Shown piece after piece: positions 55,956 through 63,748 of a DNA stretch of 64,000 nt (its first letter is position 1; each line of letters opens with the position of its first letter). A program made the translations under genes and the position numbers. The notes beneath the pieces are model-generated. The model saw only the letters and a list, made by a program, of their open reading frames with translations. It was not told the origin of the DNA and ran no database searches. Source of the stretch: an uncultured Verrucomicrobiae bacterium (GTDB lineage: Bacteria > Verrucomicrobiota > Verrucomicrobiia > Chthoniobacterales > JAATET01); assembly GCA_963749035.1 (NCBI GenBank), contig CAVVKW010000004.1:1657966-1721965 (forward strand). The letters run 5' to 3'.

Positions 55956-56684
55956 TCAGGGAGCCTTGAAGAGCAGCACCGTCTGCTGTGCCGGTAGCGC
56001 CTCGCGTGAAAGCAGGGCCGCGTTGCCGTTCAACGGATAAACGGAGGTAAACCCGGAAGCATAGCTCCTCACCGCAGTCGCGCTGCCCATTGGGATGATC
56101 ACGCGCGGTCGCAGTCGCTCGACGATGTCAGCCCGCTCACCCGACGTCAGCTTCGTCCCACTGACGGGTAGAAACAACACGTCGACGGCTCCGATCTTCG
56201 AAGCGTCCGCCTTCGTCAATGCCGAGTCGATCTCACCGAGGAAACAGAACTTCAACCCGTCCATCTGCCAGCGATAAACGACGTTCATTCCAGCGATGTC
56301 CTGCACGTCGGGGTTGGTGAATACCGGCACACCGAGGATTCGCACCCCGGCCGACGTATTCGTGCCCATGCCGACACTCCCCCGGTAAATGCTCGGCGAG
56401 TTGTCGACCAGATCGATGTTGTTCACGTCGCTGTCCTCGTTTGTGACCAATAGGATCTCCGGCGTGAGACCTTCGGGGACCGAGAAACTCGTCGACCCCG
56501 CCGAAAAGGGGTTGGTGAGAACACTGATCCCCAAAGCCGACTTGATGCGGAAGCACTGGTAGCCATACCAGTCGACCCGGATCATCCGCTGAGGAGACGC
56601 CGCCGCGCTGGACGTGTCGCGGGAAAATAAACCGCAGCCGGTCAGCGAAAATGCCAGGAAGAGGATTGGGACAAATCTTAACAT
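55956..56684 (-). CDS. lipoprotein with an MBL-fold-like (Lactamase_B_2/UPF0173-like) domain lacking the HxHxDH motif
   Basis: ATG 56684 gives MLRFVPILFLAFSLTGC (lipobox L-T-G-C). RVDWYGYQCFRIKS..ISVLTNPF resembles the WLGHACFLIE..ILIDPF opening of this fold. At the metal-site position the sequence reads LLVTNEDSDVNN. Confidence 0.5.
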   Translation of the reverse strand: MLRFVPILFLAFSLTGCGLFSRDTSSAAASPQRMIRVDWYGYQCFRIKSALGISVLTNPFSAGSTSFSVPEGLTPEILLVTNEDSDVNNIDLVDNSPSIYRGSVGMGTNTSAGVRILGVPVFTNPDVQDIAGMNVVYRWQMDGLKFCFLGEIDSALTKADASKIGAVDVLFLPVSGTKLTSGERADIVERLRPRVIIPMGSATAVRSYASGFTSVYPLNGNAALLSREALPAQQTVLLFKAP

Positions 56685-56747
56685 GGAGGGTTGGGGATAC
56701 GGGAAACGACAGGCCATATCAAGCCCGAGGAACCCCATCACCGCACC

Positions 56748-57674
56748 TCACACCGACCGCTGCCGCTCCCCCGCCCCGACCGGCACAAAATGATACCATT
56801 GCCTCGGGGCGCGACTGAATTCTTCGATCAGCTCTCTCGCGATTTCCACCGTTGCCGCTCTCACGCACGCCTCGCGATCTCCGCCCAGCCGCCGCGGCCA
56901 AACGCACGGCTTGGAAACCATCCGATACAATCCATCCGGCCGACGCGAGATCGCCACGGGCACCACGGGACAATCACCCAGATACGCCAGCAGCGCGGGC
57001 GACATGGAGAACGACACCTTGCCGTTCGGCACGTCCACTTCCATCGCGTGATCGTGCGGTCGATCGACGAGCATCGCCGCTAAACCGCCCTCCTCCAGCA
57101 CCCTCACGACCCGCAATGAAGAAAACGCGTCGGGGCCGATCTCGATCGTCTCTGCGCCCCATTTCTGCCGAAACTTTCGCCGCCATTCCGTCAGCGCCGG
57201 AACGTGCTCGGACAGCGTCACCACGGTAATCGGCAGCCCAAGGTGACCGAGCATGAGCGCACCAAATTCAAAAAAACCAAAGTGTCCCGTGGCCAGGATC
57301 GCCCCCTTGCCGTGCGCCAGCGCCTCTTCCAGATGTTCAAATCCCACCCGTTCCGGGCACAAGTCCTCCGCCCCATTCGGGTCCATCACCCCCAACCGCA
57401 CAAAATCCGCGATGGTTTCGCCAAACTCTTCGAACACCCCGACGGCATCCTCCCGCGTGACGGGTCTATCAGTCAACAGCTCCAAATTTTCCCTCACCAC
57501 CTCGCGGACCCCACCCTGGGTCACGCCGTAGCCCCACGAGATCGTCCGGCCGACCCAGCGGCAGAATCGTCGTCCGAACACTCCCGACAATCGCGCCATC
57601 AACTCGAAGACCGGCGGCGTGTAGAGTTTCCGAAAAAACCACTTTTCGTAATGCGGCTTGGCCTCGCGACTCAT
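56748..57674 (-). CDS. lipid A biosynthesis-type (LpxL/HtrB family, PF03279-like) lysophospholipid acyltransferase
   Basis: From ATG 57674 (ATGA overlap with the upstream stop) the protein is 308 aa. GAILATGHFGFFEFGALMLG carries the H-x4-E/D acyltransferase motif. The overall pattern is that of lauroyl/myristoyl acyltransferases. Confidence 0.72.
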   Translation of the reverse strand: MSREAKPHYEKWFFRKLYTPPVFELMARLSGVFGRRFCRWVGRTISWGYGVTQGGVREVVRENLELLTDRPVTREDAVGVFEEFGETIADFVRLGVMDPNGAEDLCPERVGFEHLEEALAHGKGAILATGHFGFFEFGALMLGHLGLPITVVTLSEHVPALTEWRRKFRQKWGAETIEIGPDAFSSLRVVRVLEEGGLAAMLVDRPHDHAMEVDVPNGKVSFSMSPALLAYLGDCPVVPVAISRRPDGLYRMVSKPCVWPRRLGGDREACVRAATVEIARELIEEFSRAPRQWYHFVPVGAGERQRSV

Positions 57675-58411
57675 CCGCTCCTCGTCTGACTTGACGTTCC
57701 CATACCCGGAAGAACGCACCGGAGGCCCCGCGCCTTCAATCGAGTCAGCAATAAATCCAGCGTCTCGACCCGCCCCGGCCCGCCGCCCTCGTGCAGAACG
57801 AGAATTCCCCCCGGCCTCGCCGCGTTCAGGATTCGACTCACCACGACCTCGCCACGATCCCCGAGCCCGTCGAACCCGCTCGCTGACCAACCCACGAGCT
57901 GCGCACCCTCACTCCGAAGCACCGGATGCACGAATGGGTTCGTCAGGCCCACCGGTGAACGAAAAAGCCGTGGCCGCACCCCGGTCGCCACCTCGATCGC
58001 GTCCGCACCCCGGACGATTTCCCGACGCATCATCCCGGGAGGCAACGTCCAAAACGCACCAGCAGGATGCGAATAGGTGTGATTGCCAATCCCGTGACCG
58101 GCTCCCGCGACCCGACGGGCCAACTCTCGCTCGCGATCCACCTTCCGACCGATCATGAAAAACGTCGCCAACGCCTCGTGCCGGGCCAGAACCTCCAACA
58201 TACCGGGCGTATCCCGCGGCTCCGGACCATCGTCGATCGTTAGCCAAACCTCGTCCGCCGCCCCCCCGAACTCCGTCGTCAATGGCCCAAACCACCCGCT
58301 GTTCCGTCGCAGCGTGCCATACAGCGTAATCCAATGGGCCACCGCAACGGAGCCAAGCACCCACTTCCACGGCAATCTTCCCCGAAGATTTCCCCCGCGG
58401 TCGGTCAGCAT
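57671..58411 (-). CDS. polysaccharide deacetylase (CE4 / NodB-homology) family protein with an N-terminal membrane anchor
   Basis: 246 aa. It carries WLTIDDGP (the TFDDG motif), FFMIG, IGNHTYSHP (HxxxH) and LFRSPVG. Confidence 0.85.
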   Translation of the reverse strand: MLTDRGGNLRGRLPWKWVLGSVAVAHWITLYGTLRRNSGWFGPLTTEFGGAADEVWLTIDDGPEPRDTPGMLEVLARHEALATFFMIGRKVDRERELARRVAGAGHGIGNHTYSHPAGAFWTLPPGMMRREIVRGADAIEVATGVRPRLFRSPVGLTNPFVHPVLRSEGAQLVGWSASGFDGLGDRGEVVVSRILNAARPGGILVLHEGGGPGRVETLDLLLTRLKARGLRCVLPGMGTSSQTRSG

Positions 58412-59178
58412 CGCGCCCCTCGCCCCCGACCGAACCGAAGCCAGGCCAACTTGGGCAGCCGGATGGCCGCGCCGATCAACAGGCGCGCGTGAGCCCCGAT
58501 CAAAACGAGATTGTCGCGGAAGTACCGGAAATGAGTCACCCCCCCAGCCTCCCGTTTTGGATAGAAAACCGGCACCGCCCGGTTAATGGGTCTCACCCCA
58601 CGCCAATACAGACGCACGGCTAATTCCGTGTCGAAATCGAACCGCCGTGCCGTCGAGATCGATCGCAACACCGCAATCGATTCCTCCACCGGATAGACCC
58701 GGAAGCCAAAGAGCGAATCTCCGATCCCGCCCCCAAGCGTCTCGACGTGCGCAAAAAAATTCCCAATTCGGCGACCCTTCACCCGCTCCACCGGAGCCTC
58801 CTCGCCGAAGATTGGCGTCCCCAGCACCATCGCGTCGGGGTGTTCCGCCGACTCTTCCAAAAATGCCCGCACCGCCCCGACCTCGTGCTGACCGTCTCCA
58901 TCCATCACGAGCACGTGCGTCAGCCCCGCGGCCCGGGCCGCCTCGAGCCCCACCAGCACCGCCCCGCCTTTTCCCACGTTATCCCGCAAGGTCAGACAAA
59001 TCACCCCGGGTGCTTCCATGGCCAGCACGTCTCGTTCGCTTCCATCCGTGCTCCCATCGACCACCACCCACACCGGACGCCACACCTCGGCCACGGCCCG
59101 CACCACCTCAGCCAAAAGCGGGCCGCTGTTATACGACGGGATGATGACGCCATGCGTCGCGCTCGGCTCGCTCGTCAT
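58405..59178 (-). CDS. small GT2 glycosyltransferase (GtrB/ArnC/Dpm1-like)
   Basis: ATG 59178 forms an ATGA overlap with the upstream stop. The tracked start at 59199 is 7 codons longer. It carries GVIIPSYNSGPLL, VVVDGSTDGS, NVGKGGAV and VMDGDGQH (DxD). Confidence 0.82.
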   Translation of the reverse strand: MTSEPSATHGVIIPSYNSGPLLAEVVRAVAEVWRPVWVVVDGSTDGSERDVLAMEAPGVICLTLRDNVGKGGAVLVGLEAARAAGLTHVLVMDGDGQHEVGAVRAFLEESAEHPDAMVLGTPIFGEEAPVERVKGRRIGNFFAHVETLGGGIGDSLFGFRVYPVEESIAVLRSISTARRFDFDTELAVRLYWRGVRPINRAVPVFYPKREAGGVTHFRYFRDNLVLIGAHARLLIGAAIRLPKLAWLRFGRGRGARC

Positions 59179-60011
59179 TCGCGTTCGCCGAGACCCCACG
59201 TGCCAACCCCCGGTTCCAACTCAGCACGGAAGTAATCTTCCAGTCGCCGCGACAACTCCTTCGGCGGCTCGTTCGGCTGCGGCACGAAAACCCGCCCCAC
59301 CCGGATCGACATCCGAATCGGGATCTCCGCCGGTTCCATCAATCCCGTCCCCTTCCCGAGATAAGCACCGCTTCGCTCGATGATGACCGTATGGATCGGT
59401 GCCCCGGTCCGGACCGACGTCAAAGCGAACCCGCTCTTAAAGGCGTTCACCCCCCGCGCACCGGCGCGGGTCCGCGTTCCCTCCGGAAAGATCAGCAGAT
59501 TGTCCCCCGCCTCGAGCTTCCGTTTGCACTGCCGGATGAGCCCGGCACCGCGATCGTTTGTCACGTATCCCGCCCAGCGCGCGCCCCCGGAAACCGCGAT
59601 ATTTCGCATCAAACTCGCGCGCATGATGCAGAACGCCCGCGGAAGCCGGCCGATCAGAAAGACCGCGTCGAGCAACCCAGGGTGATTCGCCGCGACGATC
59701 GTTCCTCGCAGATTCTGGAGCTTATCGATCCCCTCGTATCGGACTACGACCTGCCGCGTCAGCGCGAGCCAATTCACAAAACCGCGGAACAAGCAGGCAA
59801 GGACCCTCGAGCCACATTTTCTTGCCCCGACCGCGCACGCCACCGTAGCCACCAGCGACAACAGTGAGCCGCCAATGAAAAAGTATCCCAGTGAAAGGAT
59901 CTGCAAGCAAAAGTGCCAGCTCCGGCGCACCGTCCAACTTGTGCGCCCCGCCGCCGATGCCGTCAGGCCCGCGTCCGGACCGCTGGAGGGTTCTGCTTCA
60001 AAACTTTGCAT
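59175..60011 (-). CDS. 1-acyl-sn-glycerol-3-phosphate acyltransferase-like (PlsC family) membrane protein
   Basis: From ATG 60011. It has TM helices, then IVAANHPGLLDAVFL (H-x4-D) and LLIFPEGTRTR. Confidence 0.8.
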   Translation of the reverse strand: MQSFEAEPSSGPDAGLTASAAGRTSWTVRRSWHFCLQILSLGYFFIGGSLLSLVATVACAVGARKCGSRVLACLFRGFVNWLALTRQVVVRYEGIDKLQNLRGTIVAANHPGLLDAVFLIGRLPRAFCIMRASLMRNIAVSGGARWAGYVTNDRGAGLIRQCKRKLEAGDNLLIFPEGTRTRAGARGVNAFKSGFALTSVRTGAPIHTVIIERSGAYLGKGTGLMEPAEIPIRMSIRVGRVFVPQPNEPPKELSRRLEDYFRAELEPGVGTWGLGERE

Positions 60012-60159
60012 GGCCGTCGCTCGCTTAACTACGTTGCACCCGCCTCGAAATCGAGCAACAAACCCACCGGCCACCCGCCTTTTCAAGTTTCCGCTTCGTG
60101 CCAAGCTGTCAACGGCCCTTTGGGGTTTCCAAGCTCCACCGATTCGTTAAAATCACCGA

Positions 60160-60930
60160 GTGTTTCGTTCCGCCACCGTCACCATGATCGTAATCGCGGC
60201 GACGGCTTTGCCAACGACCTCCAGCGCAGCACCGAAGCGAACGATCCAGCAGCTCACCTCGATCTTCGAAAACAGCACTCTCGACCTCCAATACACCTTC
60301 GTCGCCAACATCGGCGACCAGCGGGGCTGGACCTTCGGGTTCTCCGGGTTCACCAGCGGGACCTATTCCGGCACGTTTTTCCTCGAAGAGTATCGTCGGC
60401 ATCGTCGCAAGAACGCGCTGAACCGATTTCTACCCGCCTTTCGTCGCATCGACGCCGGACCCCACGACTCGGAGGGGCGCAACCCCGACACCAGCGGCCT
60501 CGAGGAGTTTCCCGACGTTTTCCAGACGCTTGGCGCAGACCCAAAATTTCGCCGGGCTCAGCGTGTTCTGGTCAATCGGCTCGCTTGGCGTCCCGCCCTC
60601 CGACTCGCCAGACGGCTGGGCGTCCGTCGGAACATCACGATCGGTCAGCTCTACGACGCCTACATCAACCACGGAGAAGACGGGATCAACAAGCTGCTTC
60701 GCCGCACCAACCGGCGAGCCGGCGGGCCCCCGACCGACGGCGTTAACGAAGTCGCCTGGCTGAAAGTCTTTCTGCGGACCCGGTTTCGCGTCCTGAATGC
60801 CGACCCGGTCTGGTCCCTCGCCACCGACCGGATCCGTGTTTACGAGCGACTGCTGAAAGCGGGCAACGTCCACCTCCGACCGCCCATGCAGATCCACTGC
60901 TACGGCAACTCTTTCGAGATTGACCGATAG
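60160..60930 (+). CDS. secreted GH46 chitosanase-like protein
   Basis: 256 aa with a signal-like N-terminus (MFRSATVTMIVIAATALPTTSSA). LTSIFENSTLDLQYTFVANIGDQRGWTFGFSGFTSGT parallels the GH46 catalytic region (S-x-F-E-N-S ... I-x-D-G-R-G-Y-T-x-G..GFT-x-GT), with the Glu and Asp retained. Confidence 0.7.
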   Translation: MFRSATVTMIVIAATALPTTSSAAPKRTIQQLTSIFENSTLDLQYTFVANIGDQRGWTFGFSGFTSGTYSGTFFLEEYRRHRRKNALNRFLPAFRRIDAGPHDSEGRNPDTSGLEEFPDVFQTLGADPKFRRAQRVLVNRLAWRPALRLARRLGVRRNITIGQLYDAYINHGEDGINKLLRRTNRRAGGPPTDGVNEVAWLKVFLRTRFRVLNADPVWSLATDRIRVYERLLKAGNVHLRPPMQIHCYGNSFEIDR

Positions 60931-61005
60931 CGGCACCGCCCCACGATCTGCCGCCCGGCCCTCGCCCGCGCAGCTTGAGCCACTCCGACGTCTTTTCGCC
61001 GCCCA

Positions 61006-62856
61006 CTACGACTTCGTGACCAGCTGCTCCAGCAATGAATTGATCCGCTTCAGCATCGCGTTCGGATCTTCCATCAGGCCAGCGGAGATCAGTGCGTTGT
61101 CGTAAACCTGCTCGGCCACTTGCTTCGCCAGGTCAGGATTGGACTCCCGCTGATTGGCGAGACCGGCAATCATCGGATGAGCCGGGTTGATCTCGAGGTT
61201 CTGCTTGAACGGATTCGCTTCGCCTCGGTTTAAGTTTTTCAACATCCGGCGCATGCTCGCCGTCATTCCCGCATCGCTCTCGACGACGACGGCCGGACTG
61301 TCGACGAGACGGGACGAGACGCGGACCTCATCCACCTTGTCGCCGAGCGTTTCCTTCAAGAAATTGCACAGCAGGCGGGAAGCTTCCTCGTCCAACTTGC
61401 TCTCCGACTTCTCGAGTTCGATCTCAGCCTTCTCGGCGGAAACGATCTTCTTGCCCTCGAACTCGTGCAGGTGATCCATGACGAATTCGTCCCACGGGTC
61501 GTAGAGAAAGAGCACCTCGAGAGACTTGGCTTGCAGTCCCTCGTAATACGGGCTCGCCAAGCAAGCTTCGCGGGACGACGCCGAGATGAAATAGATCTCT
61601 TTCTGCTCCTCGCCCATCCGACTGACGTAATCGGTCAGCGACACCGCCGACTCGGACGTTGACGTCTCGTAGCGAAGCAGCTTCGCAAGTGCGTCGCGGT
61701 GCGTGTAGTCGCTGACGATGCCCTCCTTCAAAAAATGTCCGAATTCTTTGAAGAACGCCGCGAACTTGTCCGGGTCACCCTTCGCCTCGTCGTCGAGAAA
61801 CTTCAGGAATCGCGTCGTCAGCACCTTGTTCAGCTTCTGGAGAAGCGCACTATCTTGCATCGTCTCGCGCGAGATATTCAGCGGCAGATCCTCACTGTCG
61901 ACCACGCCTTTGAGGAATCGAAGCCACTCGGGGAACAAACCCTTCGATTTCGACTGGATCAAAATCTTGCGGCAGTAAAGGTGGACCTCGCTCTCGGTCT
62001 TCGGCATTCCCAGCTTTTCCAAGCTATGCTGCGGAACAAACAGCAGGGCGCGAATCGCCAGGGGCGCGTCGGCGTTAAAATGCAGTCGATACTGCGGCGC
62101 TTCGTTATCGTGGCCGATGAATTTGTAAAATTCCTCGTAGTCCGTGTCGGTGATCTCACTCTTGTTCCGCGTCCAGATCGCGCTGATCGTATTGACCGTC
62201 TTCCCATTCAGCTGAATGGGAACGCCGACGAAATTCGAGTAACGTTTAATGATCGACTCCACCCGCTGTTCGTTCGCGTATTCTTTGTCGTCCTCCGTGA
62301 GCGAAATGACGATTCTCGTCCCTCGCGGCAGATCGCTGGCTTCCTCGATCTCGTAGCTACTCACCCCGTCCGACGACCAAATCCACCCCGTCGCGTCCGA
62401 CTCGTGACTCCGCGTGTAAACCGTCACTTTCGAAGCGACCATGAACGCGGAGTAAAATCCGACACCGAACTGCCCGATGATCTCGGCCGTGTCCTCCGAC
62501 GAACCAGCCGCAGCTCGCTCTTTGATCTGTTGGAGAAACGCCTTCGAGCCCGAGTGCGCAATCGTCCCCAAATTTTCGATCAATTCGTCGCGGGTCATGC
62601 CCGTCCCCGCGTCCACGAACGTGATCGTTTTGGCGGTGTCATCAGTGTTCACGGATATTTCGAGCTCCCGCTCAGGCTCGTAAACCTCCGTGCCCGCGGT
62701 CTGGAGGAATTTCAGCTTCCCGGTCGCGTCGGCCGCGTTCGAGATCAGCTCGCGGATAAAAATCTCTTTATCCGTGTAGAGCGAGTGAATGACGATGTTG
62801 AGAAGCTGGGCAATCTCGGCTTGGAATTCGTGTTTCTCGGGTGTGGTCGTGCTCAT
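61006..62856 (-). CDS. htpG: molecular chaperone HtpG (Hsp90)
   Basis: 616 aa. It carries EFQAEIAQLLNIVIHSLYTDKEIFIRELISNAADA, IGQFGVGFYSAFMVA and LNISRETMQ. Confidence 0.95.
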   Translation of the reverse strand: MSTTTPEKHEFQAEIAQLLNIVIHSLYTDKEIFIRELISNAADATGKLKFLQTAGTEVYEPERELEISVNTDDTAKTITFVDAGTGMTRDELIENLGTIAHSGSKAFLQQIKERAAAGSSEDTAEIIGQFGVGFYSAFMVASKVTVYTRSHESDATGWIWSSDGVSSYEIEEASDLPRGTRIVISLTEDDKEYANEQRVESIIKRYSNFVGVPIQLNGKTVNTISAIWTRNKSEITDTDYEEFYKFIGHDNEAPQYRLHFNADAPLAIRALLFVPQHSLEKLGMPKTESEVHLYCRKILIQSKSKGLFPEWLRFLKGVVDSEDLPLNISRETMQDSALLQKLNKVLTTRFLKFLDDEAKGDPDKFAAFFKEFGHFLKEGIVSDYTHRDALAKLLRYETSTSESAVSLTDYVSRMGEEQKEIYFISASSREACLASPYYEGLQAKSLEVLFLYDPWDEFVMDHLHEFEGKKIVSAEKAEIELEKSESKLDEEASRLLCNFLKETLGDKVDEVRVSSRLVDSPAVVVESDAGMTASMRRMLKNLNRGEANPFKQNLEINPAHPMIAGLANQRESNPDLAKQVAEQVYDNALISAGLMEDPNAMLKRINSLLEQLVTKS

Positions 62857-63067
62857 GAATCAGTGGAAAATTGGGAGCGAGAATCTAGCCAATCTCCGCG
62901 CTCAGGGAAGAACGGAATTGATCACCATAAGGTGACCGATCCCCGATCCGCGAGTTGATGGGTCGCGCGTGAGCGTCCGGCCCTCGCCACGCCGAACCCC
63001 GAGCCCCAAATCCAACCAAGCCGTTCTCGTAGGTAGCAAAGGAATCCCAATAATCGCTACAGCTCAC

Positions 63068-63084
63068 GCCGATTCAGAATCGGC
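63068..63084 (-). terminator. perfect 7-bp hairpin downstream of actD (candidate terminator, no U-tract)
   Basis: GCCGATT-CAG-AATCGGC lies at 63068-63084, 70 nt after the actD-like stop. No T-run follows on the minus strand, so support is weak. Confidence 0.3.
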
Positions 63085-63153
63085 CCGAAAACACGCGTCA
63101 GACTTGGAGCACCCCCGAAAAAATTCTCGCCAGAAAGTCCGTCGTTGCGGAAG

Positions 63154-63747
63154 TCAGTCTTCGTGAACGACCGTGATCTCGGTCCCGCCGAGCTCGATCA
63201 GCATGTCGCGCGTATTCCGCTCGAAGAACTGCGGATCGCGCGATTCGATGCAGAGGTAGAATTTGTCGTCGGTCGCTTTTTTGAACCGATCCCAGTTGAA
63301 GAGCGGATGATTCCAGCGCGGCAGCCCGTTAATGATCAACATTCCAAACACCGCCGTTAACGCCGAGAGGAGAATCGTCAATTCGAACATGATCGGGAAG
63401 AAGGCCGGAATGGTGAATTGGTTCACGGGTTTACCCGCAACCACCAACGGATAAAGAAACGACGAGGGAATGAACTGCAAGCAGATCGCCAAGGTGAAGC
63501 CCGTTAATCCACCGCAAAAAACCAGCATCGCGAGGAACGAGCGCTTAAGCCCCATCGCTTCATCCATCCCGTGGATCGGGAAGGGACTGTAAACGTCCCA
63601 CCGTTTAAAACCCGCGTCGCGGACGTGCTCGGCCGCGTGATAAAGATCGCGCGCCGAAGAAAATTCCGCACCCATCGCGTAGATCGGCGCATTCGGATCA
63701 CCCGCAACGTCAACTTCGGGTCGGTTCGGAGTAACGGTGGCACTCAT
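63154..63747 (-). CDS. DUF3341 / ActD-like membrane subunit of an alternative complex III-type quinol oxidoreductase
   Basis: From ATG 63747. It carries IYAMGAEFSSARDLYHAAEHVRDAGFKRWDVYSPFPIHGMDEAMGL, PAFFPIMFELTILLSALTAVFGML and NGLPRWNHPLF, which is the canonical DUF3341 pattern. Confidence 0.85.
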   Translation of the reverse strand: MSATVTPNRPEVDVAGDPNAPIYAMGAEFSSARDLYHAAEHVRDAGFKRWDVYSPFPIHGMDEAMGLKRSFLAMLVFCGGLTGFTLAICLQFIPSSFLYPLVVAGKPVNQFTIPAFFPIMFELTILLSALTAVFGMLIINGLPRWNHPLFNWDRFKKATDDKFYLCIESRDPQFFERNTRDMLIELGGTEITVVHED

Positions 63748-63748
63748 A

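Noticed and set aside
57675-57890. N-terminal extensions of tracked ORFs 56748-57890, 55956-56741 and 59175-60104
   Set aside because: The extensions overlap upstream genes or are Arg/Gly-rich. Internal ATGs give the expected family N-termini, a lipobox, or ATGA coupling.
61699-62958. 419-aa plus-strand ORF antisense to htpG
   Set aside because: htpG is unambiguous. The antisense product has no features and the typical shadow composition.
62885-63067. 60-aa minus-strand ORF in the htpG upstream gap
   Set aside because: It has no SD, no motifs and an implausible composition. It more likely lies within the htpG promoter and 5' UTR region.
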